Assembly (NCBI GenBank): GCA_045631705.1
Contig: JAZQVE010000056.1
Location: 718-64,717 of the forward strand
Length of the DNA stretch: 64,000 nucleotides
Direction of reading: 5' to 3'
From: Akkermansia sp.
GTDB lineage: Bacteria; Verrucomicrobiota; Verrucomicrobiia; Verrucomicrobiales; Akkermansiaceae
The position numbers and the translations under genes are program-made. Below the pieces are notes generated by a model. The model ran no database searches, had not been told where the DNA came from, and worked only from the letters and a program-made list of their open reading frames with translations. Positions 21,467-30,997 of the stretch are shown here, one piece after another; the first letter of the stretch is position 1; each line of letters begins with the position of its first letter.

Positions 21467-23698
21467 ATGAATGAAATGTATATCGCAATATTGGGCATTC
21501 TGCTCCTGCTGGCGGTGTTTGACCTGGTGGTGGGCGTGTCGAACGATGCCGCCAACTTCCTGAACTCGGCCGTGGGGTGTAACGCGGCGCGCCGGGGCGT
21601 GGTGCTGGCGGTGGCGGCCGTGGGCATTGTGCTGGGTGCATCGCTTTCCGGCGGAATGATGGAGATTGCCCGCAGCGGCGTGTTTATGCCGGCTCAGTTT
21701 TCCTTCCATGGGGTGATGATTTTGTTTCTGGCGGTGATGCTGACGGATGTCATCCTGCTGGATTTGTTCAATACCTTCGGTCTGCCGACTTCGACCACGG
21801 TGTCGCTGGTGTTCGAGTTGCTGGGCGCGGCAGTGGTAGTGGCGCTGTTCACCATGTATGAGGGTGGGGCTGATGTGGCCCAGAGCCTTGGCGCCTACAT
21901 CAACAGCTCGAAGTCACTCACTATCATTTCCGGCATCTTCTGCTCAGTGGCGGTGGCTTTCACCTGCGGCTGCGTGGTGATGTGGTTTTCCCGTCTTCTG
22001 TTCAGCTTCCGTTACCAGCGGGCGTATAAGTATATCGGTTCGCTGTGGTGCGCGGCATCACTCACGGCTATCAGCTATTTTGCCGTGTTCAAGGGCCTGA
22101 AGCACAGCTCGGTGATGACGCCGGAGATGCTGGCATGGCTGAACAGTAATATCGGCCTGGTGGTACTGGCTACCCTGGGGGTGTGGTTCGTGGTGGCCTT
22201 TATCCTGCAGTATGTGCTGCGTGTGAATACGCTGCGTATCACGGTGCTGGCCGGTACCTGCGCGCTGGCTCTGGCCTTCGCGGGCAATGACCTGGTGAAC
22301 TTCATCGGTGTGTTCATGGCTGCTGAGTCTTCGTACCACATTGCGAGCGCCCACGTGGCCGCTGGTGGCTCTCTGGAGAGTCTCCGCATGGGATCCCTGG
22401 CTGAGCCGGTGCAGGCGAATCTGGCCTATCTGCTGGCCGCCGGTGGTATCATGGTGCTGGCGCTTGTCTTCTCCAAGAAGGCCCGCACGGTGACGGAGAC
22501 CGAGGTGAAGCTGGCCCGCAGCAGCGGCGTGAGCAAGGAGCGCTTCGGCTCCTGCCTGCCTGCCCGTGCTGCAGTGCGCTGGGCTCTGAATGCTTCCCGC
22601 TTCATTACGCGTATCACACCGGAGCCGGTGGCCCGCTTTGTGGGTAAGCGCTTTCAGCCGCTGGAGCTGAGTGAGGACGATGGCACGGCTTTTGATATGG
22701 TGCGAGCCTCGGTGAATCTCACCGTATCTGCTCTGCTTATCTCCCTGGCCACCTCGCTGAAGCTGCCGCTTTCCACCACCTACGTGACCTTCATGGTGGC
22801 CATGGGTTCTTCCCTGGCAGACCGTGCATGGGGTCGCGACAGCGCCGTGTACCGCATCACTGGTGTGATGGTGGTTATCGGCGGTTGGTTCACCACGGGG
22901 CTGCTCGCCTTCCTGGCGGCGGGTACCACGGCGGCGGTGATGATGTCCGGCGGGATGTGGGGTGTGGTGGCCATGCTGCTGGTGGCTGGTGGCATTCTGG
23001 TGAAGTCTGCCTATCTGCATCGCCGCAAGAATGCAGAAACCCTGCCGGAGCTTAATCTGGATTCTCCTGCCGTGATGCGCGAATTGGGAGAGGCCTCTGT
23101 GGACCGTTTGGGGCGCGCCTACGGTATTTACCGCGCCGCAGTGAAAGCCCTGCTTGCAGAGGACTACAGCGCCTTGAAGCGCCTGCGCAAGAAGGCCCGC
23201 GAGCTGAACCGCACGCTGGAGGCTATTCAGGAGGACCAGATTCTTCCCTGCTTGCAGACGCTGCCCGCCCGTCTGTACGAAAAGGGGCAGCTTAGTCTGC
23301 GGCTGCATGAGAATAGTCTGCACGTGGCTGAATGCCTGCTCACGGTGGTGAAGGCTGCCTACAAGCACATCGATAACAACCACGTGGGCCTGACGGCGGA
23401 GCAGGGGCGCGACCTCCTCTCCATGAGTGACCGTATTTCCGCTTGCTTCCCGGGCCTTTCGCTCAGGCTGCAGAGTGACGGCGGCGCCGGTATCGAGGAG
23501 ATGATGGCGCAGTCCGGTGACCTCAAGCAGGAGTTTGCGCAGTGCATCCGCGAGCACCTCATCCGCGCTGAAGAGGATGTGATGGATATGCGCAATGGCA
23601 TCCTGTACCTGAACCTGCTGAATGAAACACGCGCCATGGTGCGCCACTCCTTCGCCCTGCTGCAGGACCAGGCTGAACTCTTCCGTTCGCATATGTGA
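21467..23698 (+). CDS. Inorganic phosphate transporter (PiT family) with C-terminal PhoU-like helical domain
   Basis: PiT signatures GVSNDAANF, GLPTSTT, FAGNDLVNF and LPLSTTY. Confidence 0.88.
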   Translation: MNEMYIAILGILLLLAVFDLVVGVSNDAANFLNSAVGCNAARRGVVLAVAAVGIVLGASLSGGMMEIARSGVFMPAQFSFHGVMILFLAVMLTDVILLDLFNTFGLPTSTTVSLVFELLGAAVVVALFTMYEGGADVAQSLGAYINSSKSLTIISGIFCSVAVAFTCGCVVMWFSRLLFSFRYQRAYKYIGSLWCAASLTAISYFAVFKGLKHSSVMTPEMLAWLNSNIGLVVLATLGVWFVVAFILQYVLRVNTLRITVLAGTCALALAFAGNDLVNFIGVFMAAESSYHIASAHVAAGGSLESLRMGSLAEPVQANLAYLLAAGGIMVLALVFSKKARTVTETEVKLARSSGVSKERFGSCLPARAAVRWALNASRFITRITPEPVARFVGKRFQPLELSEDDGTAFDMVRASVNLTVSALLISLATSLKLPLSTTYVTFMVAMGSSLADRAWGRDSAVYRITGVMVVIGGWFTTGLLAFLAAGTTAAVMMSGGMWGVVAMLLVAGGILVKSAYLHRRKNAETLPELNLDSPAVMRELGEASVDRLGRAYGIYRAAVKALLAEDYSALKRLRKKARELNRTLEAIQEDQILPCLQTLPARLYEKGQLSLRLHENSLHVAECLLTVVKAAYKHIDNNHVGLTAEQGRDLLSMSDRISACFPGLSLRLQSDGGAGIEEMMAQSGDLKQEFAQCIREHLIRAEEDVMDMRNGILYLNLLNETRAMVRHSFALLQDQAELFRSHM

Positions 23699-23718
23699 GT
23701 CTCTATGCTGAATGCGTC

Positions 23719-23757
23719 TCGCCCCGGTCAGTTTTTCTGACCGGGGCGATTGTTTTG
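23719..23757 (+). terminator. Terminator after the PiT gene
   Basis: TCGCCCCGGTCAG-TTTTT-CTGACCGGGGCGA followed by TTGTTTTG. Confidence 0.8.
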
Positions 23758-23836
23758 AAGGCCTGTAGTGCTTGTGTCAGTGTGTCCCGCCTGTCTCTGT
23801 AGAGATGATGGGGGCAGAATGCAGGGGGGCATTCAG

Positions 23837-24523
23837 TCACTTCCTGGTTTTTTCTTTTTTACCGGGCATGAGACCATATTTGAGAAGCTTCCTGGGGCAG
23901 GAGGAGACGCAGCGGAGTCAGCTGATGCAGTTCGGATGGCGTACAAAATCGGTGTGGGCAACATCGATATTCATGGGGCAGGTGCGGGAGCAGAGGCCGC
24001 ACTGTTTGCACTGCTCGGTATTGCGGCGGATGCTGAAGATGCGCAGCACGCTGAAGAGCCCCATGCGCGCGCCGCCGGTGCAGAAATAGTTGCAGAAGGG
24101 GCGGTCGATGAAAAGCGAAATGATGAGGAAGAGGATGACGATACCCGTGGCGATGGTGACCCCATAGCCGCGCATGAGCAAGGAGAAATTTCTTGGTCCC
24201 TGAAGCAGGGCGATGCTGACCCCCATGGTGAGAAGCAGGTAGAGACCATAGCGGGTCAGTTGCAGGTAACGCTGAGCCGACTGTGGTACACGCAGCCGGG
24301 GAAGATGGAGAAGGCAGCCGAGTTTTGCCATCCATTCCTGTGCTGCGCCGAAGGGGCAGACCCATCCGCAGAAGAAGACACCGATCAGCAGGATGGTGGG
24401 CAGCAGCATGGAGTTTACTTCCTTGGTTGCGGGAATGAAGTCCAGACTCAATATGAAGCTGGCCATGAAAACCAGCTGTATGATGAATCGCAGAATCTGA
24501 ATTTTGTTAAATTTCTTCTTCAT
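23837..24523 (-). pseudogene. Membrane 4Fe-4S binding protein (NapH/MauN-like) interrupted by an in-frame TGA at a cluster cysteine
   Basis: Motifs FCGWVCPFG, RPFCNYFC and CKQCGLCSRTCP, then C-I-S-[TGA 23918-23920]-L-R-C-V-S-S-C-P continuing in frame to a stop at 23837. Confidence 0.75.
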
Positions 24524-25450
24524 GTTCCTATTTTATAGACAACATGAAGAAAATTCAAAAAAAGTAAAATTGCCTTATTTTTTATAAAATTTACAAGTGC
24601 TGTAAACAGAGGAGGATAGGAATAAAAATAGGCGAAAATAGGCCAGAATGGCGCGCGTGGAGCATTTCCTTCGGACATCTGCCCGTGGAATATCGGCTTC
24701 TCAGGCGCAAAAATGCCGTCATTTGTTCAAATAGGGTGTTTATGCACCGTGGTGGACGATAAAGGGGGAAATTCGCAAAATATCATAATGAAATTATGAA
24801 GACAAAATGGTGAAATAAGAACAAAATGGTGATGCTGTATTGAAAATAACAGTTTATAAAGCACGCTTTCTCGGATATTGTGAGAATAATGAAAGAAAAA
24901 GAGACGATATAACGACATAATAAACAAAGCAAAAATACAATACGAATAGCATAAAAACGGTGTAAGTATATATGAAAAAGAGGTCAGAAACGTCCGAAAA
25001 AGAATATGAGAGAAAAAGGTATATAGAATATAGTGTAATAGTGGGTAATCGGTAAAAAGAAATATATGAGATAGCGGGGGTATTGAGCGAAAATTGCCGA
25101 ATTTGCAAAGGATGAACTTGTGGGGACGGGTGGTGTCGGCTGAGAGGTCAGACCAGGAGCTCTTCGGCTCAAAAATGGCAGAAATGAGCGTGCGTAGATA
25201 CATAAAGCCTTTACAGCTAACTGAGAAAGAATAAAAAAGGTAAGGTATCATGCTACCTGAAAAATGGTGTAAATTTGTCGAAAATGCCTATTTGGCGGTG
25301 AAAAATGGTGCTCTCACAGCGTCGTCAGGAGGGGATTTCGGATGATGAAAAGGCTGGAAATGGGTGTATAGGCACCTTCTTCGGTGGTCGGGCGTTAGCG
25401 GTGAGGTGAAAACGGCTTGTTTTTCGACTTTTTGGTGCTAGAATGGGGGT

Positions 25451-26716
25451 ATGGTATATCGATTAGCAAAGCCGAAAAGGAAGGGTCTGGGATGGTTTCT
25501 GCGTGTGGTTGTGATGCGTCGTCTCATCTTTCTGGCTGTTCTTTTTGGCGTGATTCACCTGGTGATACCTGCGGAATTTTACACGATTTCACCGATGGCT
25601 ATCGGGGTAGCCCTGGTGCTTCTTCTGCTGCTGGATGCCCTGTCGTTCCGTTTGCAGGCGAAGAATGCCGATGCCATCGGAACTCAGTTTCTGACTCTGA
25701 CGGAGGCCGGAATGCTGGTGGAGAGTGAGGAGTCCGGGGTGAGGAAATTTGTGCCGTGGACTCGCGTGAACCGGGGATGGCTACGCCAGGGAATGCTCAT
25801 GGTTCAGGAGGAGGGTGGGCTCTACCATCTGCTCCCGACGGAGTCATTGTCGCGCGAGCGGGCAGAGGAAATGCTGGCTTATGTGAATGCTCACGCCGGG
25901 AAAAAAGTGGCGGCTCCCTTGCCCCCGCCTGCGGCCCTGGTGACCGAAGTCCCCATCCGCGTGTCTGCAGGGAAGGCGCAGTGGAATGAGTATGTGGACT
26001 ACCTGTACAAGGTATCTCTGCCCGGGAGCCAGGTGTGCGGTTATATCGTCCTGGCCGCGCTCAGTGCGCCATTCGCCATCTGTCTGGTGGATGCTGAGCC
26101 TCTTCTGGCGGTGTTCCTGCTTTTGCTGATTGTCTGTTTCCTATACCTGCTCCTGCATCCCGGTTGCCTGGCAAGGAGCTTGCGCAAATCGCCCAGGCCG
26201 GGGTGGATGCATGTGAGCTCGGAGGGCATGCTGGCGCTGGGCGACAGTGGGGCCTGGTGTGCTCTGCCCTCCCAGTTGTTCGATTCGGCCCTGCAGATGC
26301 GTCACGGTATCATTTATCGGGCATACCCGCACGTCATCGCTTTGTGCGATTCCATTCCGACGCCGCCCCCGTATCTGCCGCAGCCTTGCCGTCCCCGTCG
26401 CTGGCAGCGCGTGGCTGCACTGACTCTGGCCCTGGTGGTGCTGCCTGTTGTGTCGGCCGTAAGCTTCCTTGGTCTTCAGATGCAGACTAGCATGCGAGAG
26501 TACAACGAGGCCTGCGAGAGGGGTGCGGAGCTTGCCCGGTATGTGGAGGAGCTGCTGCCTCCGCAGGAATACCCCGGCCATCTGGAATGCCTCTATTTTG
26601 CGGATTCGGGTATCCTGTTCATGGAATGGGAATGTGGCCTGGAGGCGGACCTGATTCTCGATGACGAGATCGTGTCTGATGTGCCTGCGGAAGAGACCTC
26701 CGGGGAGGAGAAATGA
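25451..26716 (+). CDS. Hypothetical multi-pass membrane protein (possible YcxB-like domains)
   Basis: 421-aa ORF with paired TM helices followed by beta-rich segments. TAGAAT lies 6 nt upstream of the ATG. Confidence 0.7.
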   Translation: MVYRLAKPKRKGLGWFLRVVVMRRLIFLAVLFGVIHLVIPAEFYTISPMAIGVALVLLLLLDALSFRLQAKNADAIGTQFLTLTEAGMLVESEESGVRKFVPWTRVNRGWLRQGMLMVQEEGGLYHLLPTESLSRERAEEMLAYVNAHAGKKVAAPLPPPAALVTEVPIRVSAGKAQWNEYVDYLYKVSLPGSQVCGYIVLAALSAPFAICLVDAEPLLAVFLLLLIVCFLYLLLHPGCLARSLRKSPRPGWMHVSSEGMLALGDSGAWCALPSQLFDSALQMRHGIIYRAYPHVIALCDSIPTPPPYLPQPCRPRRWQRVAALTLALVVLPVVSAVSFLGLQMQTSMREYNEACERGAELARYVEELLPPQEYPGHLECLYFADSGILFMEWECGLEADLILDDEIVSDVPAEETSGEEK

Positions 26717-26750
26717 AACGGATAGTGTAACATCAGCCCCAGTTTTCCCT

Positions 26751-27113
26751 ATGCCGGTATCACCCGAGAAATTACAGAAACTACAGGAGATGATGCAACG
26801 CCTGGGCGTGCATAAAAATGACCTGGAGGAGAAATTTGTGCGCGGTAGCGGCAAAGGCGGCCAGAAGGTCAATAAGACCTCGAATTGCGTGTATCTGACC
26901 CATGTGCCCAGCGGCATTGTGATACGCTGCCATTGCGAGCGTGAGCGCGAAATAAACCGCTATCTGGCGCGGCGCACCCTGTGCGAGGAACTGGACCACC
27001 GTCTCAACGGGGCTCCCAGCCCGCGCCAGCTGGAGTTGAAGCGCGCCCGCAAGCGCGGCGGCAAGCCCCGCTCCTGCAGCATCACCCAGCGGAAGAATGG
27101 GGAAGATGTTTGA
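26751..27113 (+). CDS. Peptide chain release factor-like protein (GGQ domain plus basic tail; ArfB/C12orf65-like ribosome rescue factor)
   Basis: EKFVRGSGKGGQKVNKTSNCVYLTH..SGI and an Arg/Lys-rich C-terminus. Confidence 0.85.
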   Translation: MPVSPEKLQKLQEMMQRLGVHKNDLEEKFVRGSGKGGQKVNKTSNCVYLTHVPSGIVIRCHCEREREINRYLARRTLCEELDHRLNGAPSPRQLELKRARKRGGKPRSCSITQRKNGEDV

Positions 27114-27173
27114 TTTTGGATTTTGAATGTATTGAAATCTCCGGGCTGTTCGCCCGCAGGGGAGGGGTGGGGG

Positions 27174-27611
27174 TCAGGCTGCGTCTTTCTGGGTGCCGCC
27201 GTTCGCGGCGTGGATGAAGCGTTTTGCCTGGGGAAGAATGCACCGTGCGCAGAGAATCATGAACGGTGTGCCGATGATGAAGGAGAGGTCTGCGCCAATG
27301 ATGGCGCGGTCATTGATGATGAGGTGCGCAAATACGAGCAGGAGAATCTGCGGAATTACCACGGCCACGTACCAGATGACATGGTGCAGCGTGGTTTTCA
27401 GAGTGAAACTAGGGAGCAGGAGCAGCAGCCCCAGGGGAACCAGCAGTGCCCAGCAAAGGAGGTAGAGAAGGAACAGAAGCCCTATGATGATAGCGAGAAT
27501 TACACTGGAGGTGTATGCTTGAGGTGCTGTCCACTGCACTTTGGCAAGCAAGATGAGAAGCAGCAGGAAAAACAGATAGCCGATGGTGTACCCGATTCTT
27601 ACCTTGTTCAT
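27174..27611 (-). CDS. Membrane protein, short member of the tandem paralog family (lacks the soluble domain)
   Basis: MNKVRIGYTIGY and PLGLLLLLPSFTL match the neighbours' RITYTVCY and PLGFLLLFPRFNL. Confidence 0.65.
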   Translation of the reverse strand: MNKVRIGYTIGYLFFLLLLILLAKVQWTAPQAYTSSVILAIIIGLLFLLYLLCWALLVPLGLLLLLPSFTLKTTLHHVIWYVAVVIPQILLLVFAHLIINDRAIIGADLSFIIGTPFMILCARCILPQAKRFIHAANGGTQKDAA

Positions 27612-27622
27612 GGCCTGGAGGA

Positions 27623-28459
27623 TTATTCGTGGAAAGCGGTTTTCTTTTGGCGGAAGGCTATTATTCGAACCAGCGGCAGCAGGAGTCCTGCACCTGCCAG
27701 CTGCAGGGGGATGATGACGATGCTGCTGAGGAGGAAGACAAACAGAGCCATGTAGTGGCCGTGGTGTATACACATCAGGAACCACGGAATGAGGGGGAAG
27801 ATGGCGGCTGTGGTGAACCAGTAGACCACATGGCGCCTGCAGTTGAGATTGAAGCGGGGGAAGAGCAGCAGAAAGCCCAGCGGTGTCAGCAGCGAGAAGG
27901 CGATGAGGGCGATGCCCCAGAGCACGGATCGCCACGTGGGCGTGGGTTCTGCCTCTGCGCGGGGATAGGCCGGGGGCACAACCATGCGCCCGTGGAAATT
28001 GTTTTCAGATTTGTGGCGGAATGCCAGCAGGGTGCGGCCATCGCTCAGTTGCGCCAGCGTCATGTCCTGCACCTCGAAGCCGGAATGGCCGTCGTCGGAT
28101 ATCATGAGCTTGGTATAGGCGGTCAGCTTCGGCTGCGTGGGGGAAATCTGAGCTTCCCAATGCGCAGGCAGGGGCGCGGCGCCGCGGTCTTTATCTGCCA
28201 GCGCAAAATGGTGGATGAGCCTTTCCCTCCAGGCATCATCCGCCCGGAACGTGAAGATGATTCCCGCCCTGTCATCGGATTCCCGCCTCCATTCCTCTGC
28301 CTGCAGTTGCTGGGGCACCGGCCCAATCCACGATTGGAACAGGTTCCATAGCTGACAGGGCGTCCACTCCTCCGTTGCCTTCATGATGAAGGGGAATGCT
28401 ACAAGGCATAGCATCATCAGCACATAGCAGACAGTGTAGGTAATACGGGCGCGGCTCAT
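27623..28459 (-). CDS. Membrane protein, tandem paralog family
   Basis: N-terminal TM, soluble domain containing LADG/LSDGRTL.AF, and 3 C-terminal TMs. Confidence 0.8.
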   Translation of the reverse strand: MSRARITYTVCYVLMMLCLVAFPFIMKATEEWTPCQLWNLFQSWIGPVPQQLQAEEWRRESDDRAGIIFTFRADDAWRERLIHHFALADKDRGAAPLPAHWEAQISPTQPKLTAYTKLMISDDGHSGFEVQDMTLAQLSDGRTLLAFRHKSENNFHGRMVVPPAYPRAEAEPTPTWRSVLWGIALIAFSLLTPLGFLLLFPRFNLNCRRHVVYWFTTAAIFPLIPWFLMCIHHGHYMALFVFLLSSIVIIPLQLAGAGLLLPLVRIIAFRQKKTAFHE

Positions 28460-28500
28460 GCGGAAAGGTCTGATAGGGGGGGGCTTTCTTGTACGCCGTA

Positions 28501-29325
28501 TCAGGGCTTATCCTTGCGGAAGGCTATCATGATGACGATGGGCAACAACATGCCGGCTCCGGCCAGCTGGAGCGGCACGAGGATGATGCACCAGAAGATG
28601 GCTGCGGGTATGGCCGCCACTACGCCCGTGCTGGTGCAGGCCGATATGAGCAGGAGGATGGGGAAAAGCACGGCCGTAAGGAACCAGTAGACTATGTGCC
28701 GCTTGCGGGTCAGGTCGAAACGCGGGAAGAGCAGCAGGAAGCCCAGCGGCACCATCAGAAGGAAGGCAATGCCCACCACAATGCAGAGCCCGGAGAGCCA
28801 GAGCGGCATGGGCGCCTCCGGTTTTTCCTCGTAAGAGGGCAGTACCAGGTCGCGTTTGCCGAATTCGTTGTCCCAGCGGAAGCGGAAAGCCAGCAGCGTG
28901 CGGCCATCGGCTAGCTGCGCCAGTGTCATATCCCGTATGTCATAGCCGCTGGAGGCATCGTGTGTTATCATGAGTTTCGGCCAGGCGGTCAGCCTGGGCT
29001 GGAAGGGGTGGAGTTGCTTCTCCCAATGCTCGGGCAGCGGGGCAGTATCGCGGTCTTTGCTTTCCAGTCCGAAGGCCCGGATGGTTTTTGTGCGCCATTC
29101 CTCGGTTGAGTAGAAGGTGAAGATCACACCCTGGTAAGCATCCGCCTCGCAGTTCCATTTCTCAGCCTGCAGTTGGTGTGGCACGGGGCCGAGCCAGGGG
29201 TGAAACCCGTTCCACTGTGCTTGCGGCGTGATTTCCTGCGTGGCTTTCACGATGAAGGGAAAGGCCACGAAGACGAGAAGCATCAGCACATAGCAGACGG
29301 TATAGGTGAGGCGGGCGCGGCTCAT
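28501..29325 (-). CDS. Membrane protein, tandem paralog family
   Basis: Start MSRARLTY matches the paralog. Promoter TTGAAC-17-TATCAT ends 6 nt upstream. Confidence 0.8.
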   Translation of the reverse strand: MSRARLTYTVCYVLMLLVFVAFPFIVKATQEITPQAQWNGFHPWLGPVPHQLQAEKWNCEADAYQGVIFTFYSTEEWRTKTIRAFGLESKDRDTAPLPEHWEKQLHPFQPRLTAWPKLMITHDASSGYDIRDMTLAQLADGRTLLAFRFRWDNEFGKRDLVLPSYEEKPEAPMPLWLSGLCIVVGIAFLLMVPLGFLLLFPRFDLTRKRHIVYWFLTAVLFPILLLISACTSTGVVAAIPAAIFWCIILVPLQLAGAGMLLPIVIMIAFRKDKP

Positions 29326-29356
29326 GGGTGGATGATAACAGAATACGCTTTGATGT

Positions 29357-30190
29357 TCAAGAGTTATGCGGCAAAGATTCTGTGAGGTAATGCTTCGCAA
29401 CGCGGGAGCATACCCATGCGCCGAGCAGCAGCAAGGGAATCCCTATCAGCAATGTGCCATATATAGTGACTGCCAGCAAGGGGCCGTTGTACCATGCCGG
29501 GTATACCCACACAACCATAATGATGGGGAGAATGAGAACAGCCGAGTACCAGAGGGCGTAGTGCCGCCTGCGGCTCAGATTAAAGCGGGGGAAAAGCAGC
29601 AGCAGGCCAAGCGGGGCGAGGAGGAAATCGCAGAGGAGCATCAGCAGGCTGAGTAATACCATCAGAAACGAGTTCTCTTCGTCCTTTTTCTCGAAGCGGG
29701 GGCGGTAGTAGTTACTTCCGCAATTGAACTCGTCTGCTTCCCAGAGTACTTTGAAGGCGAATAGGGTGCGGCCATCAGCCAGGCGGGTGAGGGTGGTGCC
29801 TTCGATGACGTACCCCCATTCGCTGTTTCCTGCCAGCAGGCAAAGGAGGGGTGGCTGTTGGCGGAATATCGTAGCCCCCTGCTGCGCGGTCATGTGCCAG
29901 TCTTCGGGGAGGGGCTCGGCTGATTCCTGGAGCTCGAGGAATTCCGCCAGCTCCTTTTCCTTATCGGCGGAGCCGGGGAAGGTGAAACCGTAGTAGGTGG
30001 AGCGTTCCAACCCGGTGGGAAAGGTGGTTTTCTCCAGTCGGGCAGGAGCCTCCCCCAGCCAGCGGTGGAAAATATTCCAGCTTTCCACCGGTGTCTTCTC
30101 AGGCATCGGAATCGGGAAGAATTGCAGGAATAACAGAATACTCAGGAAAATCAGATACCCCGCAGTGTATATTTTGCGCCCCTTGCTCAT
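29357..30190 (-). CDS. Membrane protein, tandem paralog family
   Basis: Shares W..FH.WLG, LADGRTL.AF and PLGLLLLFPRFNL. Confidence 0.8.
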   Translation of the reverse strand: MSKGRKIYTAGYLIFLSILLFLQFFPIPMPEKTPVESWNIFHRWLGEAPARLEKTTFPTGLERSTYYGFTFPGSADKEKELAEFLELQESAEPLPEDWHMTAQQGATIFRQQPPLLCLLAGNSEWGYVIEGTTLTRLADGRTLFAFKVLWEADEFNCGSNYYRPRFEKKDEENSFLMVLLSLLMLLCDFLLAPLGLLLLFPRFNLSRRRHYALWYSAVLILPIIMVVWVYPAWYNGPLLAVTIYGTLLIGIPLLLLGAWVCSRVAKHYLTESLPHNS

Positions 30191-30273
30191 GTGTTTGATA
30201 TTAACAGCGAGAGCCTATGGACACAAGCGCTTTTTTTTGGGATTTGTGGAGAAGTGAAATGCCGCGGACTATC

Positions 30274-30308
30274 TTAATTAATCATTAATCACTACTCATT
30301 AATCATTC
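30274..30308 (+). repeat. Heptamer tandem array (ATCATTA-like, 5 units)
   Basis: ttaatta atcatta atcacta ctcatta atcattc. Confidence 0.65.
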
Positions 30309-30361
30309 TACAAATCCCGGGATTGCCAAGGGGCGGGGGATATGGTAGAATGAGCGGCGAC

Positions 30362-30997
30362 ATGAAGTTTCTTATCACAGCCGGGCCTACGCGCGAAGCG
30401 CTGGATCCCGTGCGTTATCTCACCAACCGCTCATCCGGCCGCATGGGTTATGCGCTGGCCGGGGCGGCGCGCCACGAGGGGCATGAGGTCATTCTCATTT
30501 CCGGCCCCACCACGCTGGATGTGCCGCCGGGGGTGGATTTCATCCCCGTGGAGAGTGCCCAGCAGATGTATGATGCCGTGCGCGATATGGTGAAGTATGC
30601 CGATGCTGCGATTCTGTGCGCGGCCGTGGCCGATTATCGCCCTGTGGCCGTGCAGGAGCAGAAAATCAAGAAGAGCGGGGAGCGCATGGTCATTGAGCTG
30701 GAAAAGACGCCGGATATCCTGGGCAGCATGCGCGATGTGTTCGGCTTCACGGGCACGCTGGTGGGCTTTGCCGCCGAGACGCAGAACGTGGAGGAATATG
30801 CGCAGGACAAACTGCGCCGCAAGAAGTGCGATTTCATTGTGGCCAATGACGTGAGCCGCCACGATATCGGCTTTGATTCCCGCGAGAATGAGGTGGCGCT
30901 GGTGTTCCCCGACCATGTGGAGTACCTGGAAAAGAACACCAAGGAGCGCATAGCCTTGCATATCATTGAACACGCCACCATCATCCGCCGCCCATGA
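30362..30997 (+). CDS. coaB: Phosphopantothenate--cysteine ligase (stand-alone CoaB domain)
   Basis: Motifs ITAGPTREALDPVRYLTNRSSGRMG, AAVADY, KIKK, VGFAAET and IVANDV. Confidence 0.9.
   Translation: MKFLITAGPTREALDPVRYLTNRSSGRMGYALAGAARHEGHEVILISGPTTLDVPPGVDFIPVESAQQMYDAVRDMVKYADAAILCAAVADYRPVAVQEQKIKKSGERMVIELEKTPDILGSMRDVFGFTGTLVGFAAETQNVEEYAQDKLRRKKCDFIVANDVSRHDIGFDSRENEVALVFPDHVEYLEKNTKERIALHIIEHATIIRRP

Noticed and set aside
24774-24802. dif-like CATAA-TGAAA-TTATG, and possible oriC in the AT-rich region
   Set aside because: Spacer is 5 bp rather than 6 and the XerD arm does not match TTATGTTAAAT. No cluster of DnaA boxes was seen.
24727-25251. 174-aa Phe/Leu/Tyr-rich ORF on the minus strand
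   Set aside because: Composition follows directly from the T-rich strand. No motif, and codon usage is unlike the host.
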